Shown here piece by piece: positions 29,401 through 37,998 of a DNA stretch of 64,000 bases (positions within the stretch are counted from its first letter, which is position 1; each line of letters starts with the position of its first letter). Made by a program: the position numbers and the translations under genes. Origin of the DNA: a virus (taxonomy: Duplodnaviria > Caudoviricetes); IMG/VR virus record IMGVR_UViG_3300021400_000143, positions 16,616 to 80,615 of that record; one strand, 5' to 3'. The notes beneath the pieces are model-generated. The model was not told the origin of the DNA. It worked only from the letters and a program-made list of their open reading frames with translations, and did no database searches.

Positions 29401-30494
29401 ACGTTGACAACGCAGTCGGTGGCGTGTTTAGTTCCACTCAGTTTAGTTCGATATTCCAAGGCTACATTGAAAATGGTCGCTTTACAATCGCTTCACAGAT
29501 TAAAACGTTTGTTAGTTATAAGACAGACCAACAAGGCAATGTTATTCGGGATGCAAACGGAAAGGCTGAACTTGAAGGTGGTGTTCTAATCAAAGCAGAT
29601 GTAATCAATCTTGAAGGCTATACAACCATCAACGGAAATTTCAAGGTTGATGAATATGGCAATGCCGAAATGAACAACTGCACTATTGCTGGTGTGTTGA
29701 ATAACTTAATACAACAGAAGAAATTCGCATCCAACGAAAGCGTTTGGAACTTGAATCCTCTACAATGGGGTAGTATCATTGAATACACTCCTTTCTACGG
29801 CGGTTCTACAACAACATACGAAATACGCTTACCTTCCCTCTATTCTGACTCGCAAGGGGCACACATAGAATATGCCAAAGTCAATGGGGAATTTAGTGGA
29901 ATGACGAGCGATGATATGCGCCAGTGCATCGGAAAGAAACTCTACTTGTTCTGTAACATATCTGGTGTTGGCTACACTATGACTATCAAGAGTAGATTCC
30001 TTGTTCAAGTATTTGATGGCAGTATGACATTCGATGATTCAAACGGAGAGATAGCAGACAACTCTGTGATACCATATCAGCCAACTTACACCAAGGTATC
30101 TTCTACACAGATACAAGCAACACAAGTAATACTGTTGGAGTGCTGTTTAGGACAATTCAACGGAAAGGAATGTATTTATTGGAAAGTGGAAGGTTCTATG
30201 CAGCGAAGTGATACAGAAATCTATGTCTATGGTAGGCTCATTAATGGCTCAAATGTCGGGCTTTCAAACGTGACTATTCAATTCGAAGATAACGACGACG
30301 AGAACATTATTTTCCAGTGTCAAACCGATAGTAATGGATATTACGCTTGTCGAGTTACGGCTTTAAAAGAGTATTCTGTTATCGCATTTGATAGTTCCAC
30401 GATTTCAATAGAAGGTGAGGCTGGGCAGAATTTGGCAGCGTTTGAGGTGGAGTCTAATAGTGTGGCATTGAATTTAATAACGACAAATAACTGA
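23424..30494 (+). CDS. Tail tip hub / central fibre-spike protein, 2356 aa
   Basis: Hub-like N-terminus (TRIAGYGSENNIP), beta-repeat segment, FELVIQKIRSVGG module, repeated linker+domain units. Confidence 0.75.
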   Translation: MATLGRNISFPIKNADDTPFENLVLHKATYESVVMSLADKITGDVYYKNNQLVCTMQEYIKYEDVKYYLVNPPTIVREGIVSDNSELKGMTKYSFEFYHPMYKLNNIPFSDVAVSNDEKRYLSENKSFYWVGKPDDFIAKLNKNLDNTEWVVIKSDYFPKDKVDMLSEVLQFDNNTIGDALQKLYETWGVAFVISQLKENEYYNDVDYYGAGKRFVIIVGNPSNEVVDKNAVNGIVVNASTLATQYGNIHYYPTPITVPAGVKILVTSLEEGLAPLILNSTHDGVIGSTNRTFDTETTVYVALSGEGRVMYSFDGSVNNIYVFKFGQGVGLKNNSRTPRNNKIVTRIAGYGSENNIPYGYPQIRWYGNPNWEYTSYETNPTITNVDTTSYSTFESSLDAIIQRSPNSAETRAAVNDFASTVYNGLKIKSAGTTSKQSTSGSVYTYNWNVVTHSNYVAATYHDDYGDWPYLVSLQGGNVTEVSSATPSVNSYPLYKGIVGGEYVMLVKHPFTRTHLMPSVYSEAVFNKVSPYLSNGNANPNYNPDIELVDYYDAISDSTYTYPNEINPQAPSYDIHEFDVKPELEDGEPKSIVNAIAINDKDSTPASGWDDTMNDNAEYNQGYFRITLPVLDFDVYACAAITQEMQINMRSGACIGCTFTVQVDWEDYKKSFWDENGNFVPNGTQRDYVKYPKSNQQQIDVIVQKETSTFGTLMPNVYQNPKAGDSFVILGISLPLTYISNAERRLDDEMKAYMLSNNIYYYDYPLKFDSYFFAKHTDILSQIRTNTIIRFLFGEEQLHLYVKQLVIKYGESPLPQYDITLTDNIEVVLNQIGQVAKDIERLGALISNTKQASTSVSQQELNKKLSKVSDDETPYTLTMGGAHITGELEVEGQSTQHGDEVHLGVENHFGRETHQGTEVHYGNETHNGEESHTNYETHTGDEEHGGNVNITKNLSIDEGAIAEILGTMFFGRGDGFVSGLNGNGGKIDSEASAELKDLFVRELTTIVRGIFNELVSSHPTSKVGEWFQQGFNGHGTKIWYDQDTGWNMELDTLTVRRIMYIFELVIQKIRSVGGILIVSAANGKIKEVQKVCRYANGAYQYYYKIKFEDTNTFVRHDLMRCQRWNNGRYDDVTKEDDAELPDARAMQYYWVEVAYPDSAAFNYPPLDTPEDFIVCDDSWTPIQEGGNLVDAEVSNAYDILVPRSEFGKTVEVIDPTTQETIILPADTEPQVGDDCVLMGNTQYTKRQNYIYISATEDGVPRIDVMDGCSTKGDGGNLRCRLGCLDGINDSYWGLEQPSGYGLYSDNAWLKGKFIVRIGDRDRDVSTMFEVLDGMIRSSVSSLREDTIGGEGCISNNVFTDGLDKWGIYGEGQLLTDGTKALHDGINLLALFGFTEYAKLVEDNGTFAVEIKGSANTPHGIIQLNANMHDVPTFETNNGAIVPRTFAVSFYARSAEVGGTNVVVEIGDAPPFTIAVAQSEKFRKYVHTLDLTSVGDFSIYTYGGAVQVRGIVVSVNIDEAMIDRLVSRIEQIPDSITGIVEAFTLNQTTCKYELSAFTSFKAAYGKWQTSVTDNFRNTNSKIDQLSDSITSSVKALVPINENDYIVDPAFSRETSTPQDPNNPFVHISKWNITENDSSKHLTINTSGGENYVDILNNDASNPVGFYPALKNIPSAQGRPNSKAVDVSIAVRCVSNGTLVVYQDNGSGGTTEIYRKSLAASTTYEYVRFSPAWRYGNIYIGVLGVNAQMYISSVCMADNGKAVMAEMSSRITQTQEKITLAVQTEVQNATGGFNTRISTLEQTDSSFTFKIDSLMNTIFSNINAPFDYSASSDELTQQDLAICVRKISDSSGDYLHIDDSDENGITVSFGLSDLANDSDMEPVKVRIRGKADDVTTLRIYYGSGSNDYIDIASDFAGDAITEHEYTINFVIDYGVEIFIYGGVFDIYGIYGKPNTITSPVSVLKLTQKYFEAYVSEHYIDSDTLTETLRGYAPKNYVDNAVGGVFSSTQFSSIFQGYIENGRFTIASQIKTFVSYKTDQQGNVIRDANGKAELEGGVLIKADVINLEGYTTINGNFKVDEYGNAEMNNCTIAGVLNNLIQQKKFASNESVWNLNPLQWGSIIEYTPFYGGSTTTYEIRLPSLYSDSQGAHIEYAKVNGEFSGMTSDDMRQCIGKKLYLFCNISGVGYTMTIKSRFLVQVFDGSMTFDDSNGEIADNSVIPYQPTYTKVSSTQIQATQVILLECCLGQFNGKECIYWKVEGSMQRSDTEIYVYGRLINGSNVGLSNVTIQFEDNDDENIIFQCQTDSNGYYACRVTALKEYSVIAFDSSTISIEGEAGQNLAAFEVESNSVALNLITTNN

Positions 30495-30500
30495 TAAGAT

Positions 30501-31619
30501 ATGACACCAGAAGAGAAACAAGAAATAATAACCGCTGCAACGACCGCAGTTCTACAGCAACTGTTTGGAGCGAAGGGCATTGACATCACGGGACTTAGTT
30601 CAGTGCAGTCTCTTGATGGTATCTCCACGTTCCCTGCAATACAGTCTGTCAATGGAGATTTGGCACTCGTAAGCGTTCCCATCTCGCTCTTGACACAAGC
30701 TGTTCAGACTGTGATTGGTCATGCAGAACAAGCAACCGCTAACGCTCAAAGTGCTGCGGCTGGATGGGCTGCGGCGGCACACAAAACGAATGGTGAGATA
30801 ACTATTATCAATGGAAATATAACCACACTCCAGAACGCCGACAAATCGCTCTCTACGCTTACTTCTTACGCGGAGTGTTCTACTGGTGCAGACACTGCTT
30901 CAAAAGCCGTTACGATTCAAGATTTTGCATTACCTATACGTGGTGGTTGCTTGCATATCAAAATGGCAAATGCGAACACGGCTGCATCGAATGTAACACT
31001 TAATATCAACGCAACAGGAGCAAAGCCTTTGTACTACAACGGTAGTGCTGTTAGCGCAACAAACACATGGGAAGCAAACGAAGTTATCGAGGTGTACTAC
31101 GATGGCAATAATTACCAAGCCAGCAATGCGCGAGGTGGTGGAGGTCGCGCTGATAAAATCTCGTTTGATAACACCGTTAAAGACAAGTACGAATCTGATG
31201 ATGTGCAAGGAGTAATTGATGAAATGTCTGACGAGATTGACGATGTAGTAAGTGGTGTAGAAAGTAATACAAGTGCTATTACAACGCTGAACAACACGAC
31301 TCTTCCTACTTTACAAAGCACATTGCAAGGTAATGTTGATGCAATCGCATCGGTGTATAACGTCACAAAGAATCATCCTCTCCAAAGCGGTTCCTACGAT
31401 ATAGCCAGCGCATCTGCTGCCGTCCCTTCTGCAAAAAGAAGTGTCGGTTTAATTATAACTTACCAAACAGGTGCAAGTACATGGGAAGCCAAGCAATTCA
31501 TCGGTAGCAACGTATCTGGATGGGCTACCGAATCCAACTGGACTGACTTTGGTGGTGGAGGTAGTGATTTCGTAGAGGTAACGAGTGCGCAGGTCGCTAC
31601 AATGGAAGACCCGACATAA
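30501..31619 (+). CDS. Tail fibre-type protein
   Basis: Bacteroidales-phage fibre-like N-terminus (MTPEEKQEI...SLDGI..FPA...VPISLL), coiled-coil and beta segments. Confidence 0.65.
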   Translation: MTPEEKQEIITAATTAVLQQLFGAKGIDITGLSSVQSLDGISTFPAIQSVNGDLALVSVPISLLTQAVQTVIGHAEQATANAQSAAAGWAAAAHKTNGEITIINGNITTLQNADKSLSTLTSYAECSTGADTASKAVTIQDFALPIRGGCLHIKMANANTAASNVTLNINATGAKPLYYNGSAVSATNTWEANEVIEVYYDGNNYQASNARGGGGRADKISFDNTVKDKYESDDVQGVIDEMSDEIDDVVSGVESNTSAITTLNNTTLPTLQSTLQGNVDAIASVYNVTKNHPLQSGSYDIASASAAVPSAKRSVGLIITYQTGASTWEAKQFIGSNVSGWATESNWTDFGGGGSDFVEVTSAQVATMEDPT

Positions 31620-31643
31620 ATTAACAAATAAAGATATGAGAAA

Positions 31644-32738
31644 ATGAAAGCAAGTTATCCAATCAAAAGAGTAAAAGGCAACTGGTTTGCTATAGTGCAA
31701 CCTCTCTCAAAAATCACATGGGAGGGTGTGACAAAGCAGAAAGTTGACTATATCCCAGATATTGGTGACAAAATCACAGTTACTTTTGTTGGCAACTACA
31801 ACAAATACGACGTGGTGAATGTGACTATTGATGGGAGTCGTTTGTTATATACATGCAATGGAGTTTTAAGTATTGGTACATACGGGATTGAAATCAAAGT
31901 AACTTGTGCTGATGGCAAAAAGCTCCGTTCTTTCCAAAGAGATAGAATACAGATTGTCGAGTCAAACGAAGAAGCTGGCATTCCAAGTGGTGACGAGTTC
32001 GATATTGACACCATTGAGCTTGATAGTGCTGTGTTCCTTTACGAAAAAGGCGACAGAGGCTATTCCGCATACGAGATTGCTGTTCAGCAAGGCTTTGAAG
32101 GTGATGTTGATGAATGGCTTGAATCACTAAAGGGAGCTGATGGCACGATGGTGTTTGAGGATTTAACTCCAGCACAGAAAGCATCATTGAAGGGCGATAA
32201 AGGTGACACAGGTGTAGGTATCGCAAGCATCGAGCAAACAACTACTTCTGACGAAAGCAGAGGTACGAATGTGGTGACTGTCACGATGAATGACGAGAAC
32301 CACACGGAATACACCTTCGAGGTGAAGAACGGTGCGCAGGGAACGAAAGGTGACGATGGCAAGTCGGCATATCAAGTGTACCTTGATACCATTCCCGAAG
32401 GTGAGACTCCAATGACAGAACAAGAGTGGTTTGATTCATTGCAAGGACCGAAAGGCGATGATGGCGATGCAGGAAAATCCGCTTACCAAGTCTATCTCGA
32501 CAATGTTCCAAGTGGAGAAACACCATTGACAGAAACGCAATGGTTGGCATCGTTGAAAGGCGAGAAAGGAGACAAGGGTGTGAAAGGTGATACATTGGTC
32601 GTTGACGGGCAAAACACTTACAAACTCTATTATGAGTTAGGTCAGAACACAGATGGAGCTGTTTCCCAAAAGACGCTGACGGATTTGTTTGTTCCCGTAA
32701 CAAGTTCCGCTGTTGCTGATATGCTCGACCCAAGTTAA
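31644..32738 (+). CDS. Collagen-like fibre/adaptor protein
   Basis: G-x-x runs, three G.SAY...EW..SL.G units, LGQNTDGAVSQK motif. Confidence 0.7.
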   Translation: MKASYPIKRVKGNWFAIVQPLSKITWEGVTKQKVDYIPDIGDKITVTFVGNYNKYDVVNVTIDGSRLLYTCNGVLSIGTYGIEIKVTCADGKKLRSFQRDRIQIVESNEEAGIPSGDEFDIDTIELDSAVFLYEKGDRGYSAYEIAVQQGFEGDVDEWLESLKGADGTMVFEDLTPAQKASLKGDKGDTGVGIASIEQTTTSDESRGTNVVTVTMNDENHTEYTFEVKNGAQGTKGDDGKSAYQVYLDTIPEGETPMTEQEWFDSLQGPKGDDGDAGKSAYQVYLDNVPSGETPLTETQWLASLKGEKGDKGVKGDTLVVDGQNTYKLYYELGQNTDGAVSQKTLTDLFVPVTSSAVADMLDPS

Positions 32739-32769
32739 ATGAATGTTGAACGATAAATAATTAGATATT

Positions 32770-35664
32770 ATGGCTATAAAAGTTTTACAAGGCACAGAAT
32801 ATGCGGTAAGCCACTCGGATGTTGTCAAGATGCGTGGCGAGAGAAAGACGCTGACGCAGAAGATGACAAAGGTGGATGATACACTTATCGGTATCACCTT
32901 TGTTGATGAAAATAAAAATGTAATTGATGGAAATCGGTATATCCATCAAGATGGAAACTATTCTTCATCAGGTACTGGTTCTTGGAGAATTTCTCCTGGT
33001 TTTGAACTTGAGAATTACAGAGGTTGTACGATACATTTTTATCGTATCTTCATGTTGAGTAACGTGATGTTAAGTTATGCCCTGTATAGTGGAAACTCCA
33101 TGAACGATTTCATTGCAAACTCTGGTTACATCACCTCACAGACTGATAGCCTAAGTTGGGGAGAGGTTGACGTAGATACCCTTCTGCAACAATTTCCTAC
33201 TGCAAAATGGATTCGGTTTACATTGCATACAGAGAATCTTCATTACCCTTATTTAACGAAGACTGGAATTGGACTTGAATTGAAAGCCACACATGAAGCT
33301 GTGGAACAGATTAAAGGGCAAATGCCAACAAAACAAGATTATTCTTTTGCTGTCCAGCCTTTGGTAAGAGAACGTGAATTAACAAACTATCAGTTGACCA
33401 GTGACTTCCATTGGAAATACTATAGCAATGGTAGCAATCAGAGGAAAAGTGAGTGTTTTTATGTTCAGGAAGGTGATGTTATTCACTTGGAGTCCCCCAA
33501 CAGTGACACAGAGTATGCTTTTCTTGATGGAATCGGAACTCCAAACAACGCAAGTACAGGAACAGCTACTGCTGTGAGCGAATTGTTTGGACTTGAAATG
33601 GGCAATAGTGTTGATATTGTTGCACCCAAGAATGCTCATTATCTGTATGTGGCATCAGAAAAAGCTGGTACTTCGCAACTACCTCTCATGGCTAAATATG
33701 CTCCAGTTGTCAATGTGTTACCTAATATAAGTTTTACAACAAATCTTGTCGGCAAAGATGACGATGCGTTTGTATCAAGAACTTTTTTGAAAGGTGGAAA
33801 AACGTATATTGCGACGCTTGATAAGACAAGCTGGAATACAAGTTCAAGCACTTCTTCTTCTTCTCCTATTTTTGCACTGGTAGTCAATAATGAAATAATA
33901 GCAAATGTGCGTAAATCGGATGGTGTAGCAGAAAAGACTTATCAATTTGATGTACCTGAAAATGTATCGTCTGTCGAAATGCACTTTGTATTTCGAGGTA
34001 GTGTAGGTGAGACGGTTGGTGTGACCATTGCAGATAACGATTCAAATCAGAATACGACATCTCAAAATTCAGCAGTTTCACTCATTGGAGCTGGGATGAC
34101 TTCATCATATAACTATTTCAATGTTCTTGGAGGTCATACTTATATGGTGTCTCTTACAAAAAATGATTGGGGACAGACAAGTATAAGTAACGGCTATTCA
34201 GTGTTTATTTTAAACTTAGGTGGTAATGTTATAAGAGATGTCAAGAAGGGCTCTAAACCGAAAAAAAATTATTATTTTCATGTAGAAGAAGATGCACGAT
34301 TGACTATTGGATATAGAGCAGACGTTGGTTGTGACAATGTTGTTAGCATAAAAGACGTCAGCACGAAGTTCAATAAGCTGATATACGACGTTCATTTTGT
34401 GGTGAATAGTGGTGTTGCTACCTCTATGCTGGTGAAATTAAGCGAGGGAGACCTTGTAAGGTATCGTGTCAATGCAAATGCCAACAGTACGCCAATCAAG
34501 ATGTATAGCAGAGCTGTTCGTAATGGTTCTTATCTTGTAGAACAGATAGATGCGGAGAGTGGCGGAGTGCTGGAAGGAATATATATACCGACGAGTGATG
34601 TGTATATGGTGATGGAAAGTGTGGTCGCTTCTGGATTTACACCGAAGTTTGAGGTGTATAACTACGGTGAATACGAGAAAGGCAAGTGCATCACTCCATA
34701 TCAGTTGGTGTTTGACACTGACAATCAATTTACGATATTATCTCCACTGGATGAAGATGCAGATGCTGTCTATGAAGAGAATATATTTTATGGACAGATA
34801 ATAGGATATAAGAACTATTTCTGCATGCTCTATTATGCAACAGGTACTGCGTCTGGTAACAATATATTGATGGCTTATTCCGAGGATGGAACCACATGGC
34901 ATAGGGGATTCCCAAGTGGAATTGAAGCTCCATACACAGGCACAAACGTGATTTTCAAAAAAGGTTCTACACATCTTGAGCATGATAAAGAAGTGATTAA
35001 CGAGTTTGCTGTTTGCAAAGTTAATGACAGTGAATACCCGTACCGAATGTTTGCCAATGCTCGTGGTAGCAGTATTGTAGGTGAGAAGGCATGGTTGTTA
35101 AAGAGTTCTGACCTTGCGCATTGGGTTCCAGTCAGGAGAATAACGGAACACGCGCATGACACATTCCCTTCTTTGATTTCATACGGAGACTACATTAAAG
35201 TATATCTCAGAATGTGGGACTATGGTCAAAGTGTTGCACGCCAGAGGATGATAGGTGAGATGTTCATAGACTTGTGTGGTAACGTCATTGTTCCTCCAAG
35301 CGGAATAGGTGGATATGGATGGTATCAGCCAAGTGCAACTCGTATAGGGAATGACAAAGAGCTATTGATAACTACTAACTTCATTGCATCTTCCACAATG
35401 AAAGGAGACAACACTTTTGAGGCTTACATCAAAAATGGTGATGAAATCAGATGGTGTCCTTGCTATGGAATTGACAATCTGAAAAAACCAACGGACAACG
35501 ATGGTTGGGGCTATGGTCAAGGTCTCGTCGGCATAGGACTTAACCAGTATTTCCTTTATGGGCAACGTAACGCCAAACACGATATTTCATTTGATAACTC
35601 AGAGCTTCGGCTTTGTCCTGTCAGATGGATTACTTACGATTCGTATAATACTGATGGTGAATAA
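32770..35664 (+). CDS. Putative receptor-binding/depolymerase protein with a C-terminal beta-propeller glycosidase-like domain
   Basis: Asp-box-like YSEDGTTW and KSSDLAHW; tandem beta-sandwich repeats; follows the fibre genes. Confidence 0.55.
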   Translation: MAIKVLQGTEYAVSHSDVVKMRGERKTLTQKMTKVDDTLIGITFVDENKNVIDGNRYIHQDGNYSSSGTGSWRISPGFELENYRGCTIHFYRIFMLSNVMLSYALYSGNSMNDFIANSGYITSQTDSLSWGEVDVDTLLQQFPTAKWIRFTLHTENLHYPYLTKTGIGLELKATHEAVEQIKGQMPTKQDYSFAVQPLVRERELTNYQLTSDFHWKYYSNGSNQRKSECFYVQEGDVIHLESPNSDTEYAFLDGIGTPNNASTGTATAVSELFGLEMGNSVDIVAPKNAHYLYVASEKAGTSQLPLMAKYAPVVNVLPNISFTTNLVGKDDDAFVSRTFLKGGKTYIATLDKTSWNTSSSTSSSSPIFALVVNNEIIANVRKSDGVAEKTYQFDVPENVSSVEMHFVFRGSVGETVGVTIADNDSNQNTTSQNSAVSLIGAGMTSSYNYFNVLGGHTYMVSLTKNDWGQTSISNGYSVFILNLGGNVIRDVKKGSKPKKNYYFHVEEDARLTIGYRADVGCDNVVSIKDVSTKFNKLIYDVHFVVNSGVATSMLVKLSEGDLVRYRVNANANSTPIKMYSRAVRNGSYLVEQIDAESGGVLEGIYIPTSDVYMVMESVVASGFTPKFEVYNYGEYEKGKCITPYQLVFDTDNQFTILSPLDEDADAVYEENIFYGQIIGYKNYFCMLYYATGTASGNNILMAYSEDGTTWHRGFPSGIEAPYTGTNVIFKKGSTHLEHDKEVINEFAVCKVNDSEYPYRMFANARGSSIVGEKAWLLKSSDLAHWVPVRRITEHAHDTFPSLISYGDYIKVYLRMWDYGQSVARQRMIGEMFIDLCGNVIVPPSGIGGYGWYQPSATRIGNDKELLITTNFIASSTMKGDNTFEAYIKNGDEIRWCPCYGIDNLKKPTDNDGWGYGQGLVGIGLNQYFLYGQRNAKHDISFDNSELRLCPVRWITYDSYNTDGE

Positions 35665-35722
35665 AGAATGTTGACTAAAAAGGCAGGAATGGTGAGTCTC
35701 TGTTCATAAAACATAAAACGAT

Positions 35723-36037
35723 ATGAAAAAGATTATTGATTTCTTAAAGAAAATCGAAGCATGGATTTTTCGATTGTTTGATAAGATTGCCGACACAGCG
35801 GTAGGTAAGTGGCTTAGTGAAGGTACACGATGGGCTTGGATGCTGATTGGCTTGGTAGTAGGTCTTAGTTCTTGCAACTGGTACAACGCTTGTCATTCGG
35901 GAATTATCATAGCCATATTTTATGTGGTGTATGACAGAATCGAATATAAACGTGACCATAGTTGGTGGACGTTTATTTTGACGTTCCTATGCTCGGTTGC
36001 AGGTCAAGGAATTATTCAACTTCTTACAGAGCAATGA
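35723..36037 (+). CDS. Small multi-pass membrane protein
   Basis: About three hydrophobic segments. Confidence 0.65.
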   Translation: MKKIIDFLKKIEAWIFRLFDKIADTAVGKWLSEGTRWAWMLIGLVVGLSSCNWYNACHSGIIIAIFYVVYDRIEYKRDHSWWTFILTFLCSVAGQGIIQLLTEQ

Positions 36038-36273
36038 GTGAAACTGAAAAGAAAGAAGTCTTGAAGCAAAAGACACAAGAAAGGTTATTACAGGCTTGTG
36101 AACGGCTTTACAATGCTGAACTTGGTTTGTGCGAATTGGTTGTCCCTCAATCGTGGAAAGATGAACACAGATTTGCTCACGATGAATGGGTAAATGCTTT
36201 TCAAGATTACGATGAAGCAAGGACTGCGCTATCTTTGGAGGACATGGAATTAAATTTTGATTATGGAGTATAA
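36034..36273 (+). CDS. Small acidic helical hypothetical protein
   Basis: ATG overlaps the upstream stop (MSETEKK...). Confidence 0.6.
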   Translation: MSETEKKEVLKQKTQERLLQACERLYNAELGLCELVVPQSWKDEHRFAHDEWVNAFQDYDEARTALSLEDMELNFDYGV

Positions 36274-36493
36274 TGCACATAAACGGAATATCATCGGCAC
36301 AATATGCTTCTTTGCTTTGGGCGTGCTGATAGGTGGATTTGCTTCCATGATAGCGGTTATTCGTGAATGGGTGCAATACAAGGCAAATGGTGTCTTGGAG
36401 CAGGGTGACTTGTGGAGATATGTGTTTGCATCTTCCATAGGCGCAGTGATTCAATTCATTGTATTACTAATAATTATACTTACAAGAATTTAA
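36263..36493 (+). CDS. Small two-TM membrane protein
   Basis: Two hydrophobic helices. Confidence 0.6.
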   Translation: MEYNAHKRNIIGTICFFALGVLIGGFASMIAVIREWVQYKANGVLEQGDLWRYVFASSIGAVIQFIVLLIIILTRI

Positions 36494-36554
36494 AAAAATA
36501 TTGTGACAAAAATATTTTTGATTGTAAGTATTTGACACACAATCTTTTAATAAG

Positions 36555-36597
36555 AGCAATAAGAACTTAATATAGTTTCTTATTGCTTTTCTTTTTT
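36555..36597 (+). terminator. AT-rich hairpin plus T-run ending the structural operon; overlaps the next promoter
   Basis: AGCAATAAGAA / TTCTTATTGCT 11-bp stem, then TTTCTTTTTT. Confidence 0.55.
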
Positions 36598-36612
36598 ATT
36601 GTTGTAAATTTG
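36582..36612 (+). promoter_or_regulatory. Promoter ATTG-N19-TAAATTTG for the 36.7-40.0 kb cassette
   Basis: Perfect -7 box and near-consensus -33 box. Confidence 0.6.
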
Positions 36613-36669
36613 CGCCGTAGTGCTACACAAAATCCTTATTACTTCACTAATTTCTTAAAACTTAAACTT

Positions 36670-37617
36670 ATGGCAGAAATTTATCAGCTTCCAGAAAATG
36701 GAAACAACAATGGAGGGTTTGGTAACATTCCTTTCTCTATTCCTATCGGTGGTTTTGGTGGTGGCGGTCTGTTCGGTAATGGTAATTACGGCATGAACGG
36801 GATTGCTGACTTGTTTGGACTTGCTATCATTGCTTCAATGTTCGGCTGGAACGGTGGTGGATTTGGCAATGGAGGCTTTGGCGGAGGCAATTCAGGCGCG
36901 GCTTTCTTGGCTAATCAGCTCTCGAACGATTCTGGTCGTGAACTCATTATGAATGCTATTACCAATCAAGGTGAGGCATCTCGTACCGCTATCCAGACGT
37001 TAAGTACAATGCTCGGGCAAGACTTTAATCTTGTAAATGGTGCTGTGAATAACGTACAGAGCGCACTTAGCAACCTTGCTTTGCAGCAAGCTGTAAGTGT
37101 ACCACAGATTATCAACTCCATCCAGTCGGGTGACGCGAGCATTATCAGTGCGTTCCAGAAGTGTTGCTGCGACCAACAGCTTGCTACTTGTCAGCAAACG
37201 AACACCTTGCAAAATGCAATCAACGGCGTAGGTAATCAAGTACAAGCAAAAGCAGCCGCAGACCAGCTTGCAATGTGTCAGCAAACTTACGCTCTCACAG
37301 ACAACATGAATCGCAATTTCATTGCAATCGACAACAAACTTGATGCAATGGAGTCGAATCGAAAAGACCGTGAGATTACTGCTCTTACCGCAAAGGTTGC
37401 ACAGCTCGAATCGCAGAACTTTACTACGGGTGTTGTTCAGCAAGCTGTTTCTCCTATTCTCGGTCAGCTCGCAGGTATCCAGAATCAGGTTGACGACATC
37501 AAGAACAAACTTCCAAACACCGTTCCTGTTCAGTATCCTAACTTACAGGTAGTGAACTCTACACCTTACATGGGTGGTTTCTATGGAAATGGTTTTGGTG
37601 GTAACATCATATTGTAA
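36670..37617 (+). CDS. Gly-rich, hydrophobic-helix, coiled-coil protein with a CCC motif (uncharacterised)
   Basis: G/N/F-rich N-terminus, IADLFGLAIIASMFGW helix, QKCCCD, heptads. Confidence 0.8.
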   Translation: MAEIYQLPENGNNNGGFGNIPFSIPIGGFGGGGLFGNGNYGMNGIADLFGLAIIASMFGWNGGGFGNGGFGGGNSGAAFLANQLSNDSGRELIMNAITNQGEASRTAIQTLSTMLGQDFNLVNGAVNNVQSALSNLALQQAVSVPQIINSIQSGDASIISAFQKCCCDQQLATCQQTNTLQNAINGVGNQVQAKAAADQLAMCQQTYALTDNMNRNFIAIDNKLDAMESNRKDREITALTAKVAQLESQNFTTGVVQQAVSPILGQLAGIQNQVDDIKNKLPNTVPVQYPNLQVVNSTPYMGGFYGNGFGGNIIL

Positions 37618-37640
37618 TTTAAGGCATAGGAGGTAAAAGC

Positions 37641-37976
37641 ATGAATTGTAACGCAAACATAACAATAAATGCAGGAGGTCAGCCTTACATTGCAAACACA
37701 CAAGTCGTTGTAGGAACTGACACGGTTAATATTGCGCTCGGATGGAGACGTATTCAGCCGATAGGTTACTTTACTGTTCGTATGGAAAATGCAATTCCAG
37801 CAGATGCAACCGCAACGCTTCCAATCACACTTACTTTGAATGGTGTAACAAGAGCGTTGACTTTGCCAAATGGTGCAGCGGTTACGGTTGCTGACTTACT
37901 GGCTACGAATGTGTTCCTTGTATTCAACGATAGATTTAACGGGATACTCTCGTTAATGTCAAGAACGATTGTGTAA
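37641..37976 (+). CDS. Small all-beta hypothetical protein
   Basis: 111 aa, alternating hydrophobic pattern. Confidence 0.75.
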   Translation: MNCNANITINAGGQPYIANTQVVVGTDTVNIALGWRRIQPIGYFTVRMENAIPADATATLPITLTLNGVTRALTLPNGAAVTVADLLATNVFLVFNDRFNGILSLMSRTIV

Positions 37977-37998
37977 TCAACCAATAAAATTTACTAAC

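Noticed and set aside
32050-32590. DNA repeats in the collagen-like gene as a mobile or invertible element
   Set aside because: Fully explained by protein-level G-x-x and G.SAY...EWL.SLKG repeats; no invertase or inverted repeats.
23424-35664. Diversity-generating retroelement acting on fibre genes
   Set aside because: No reverse transcriptase in the window and no template/variable repeat pair differing at adenines seen by eye; one could lie outside the window.
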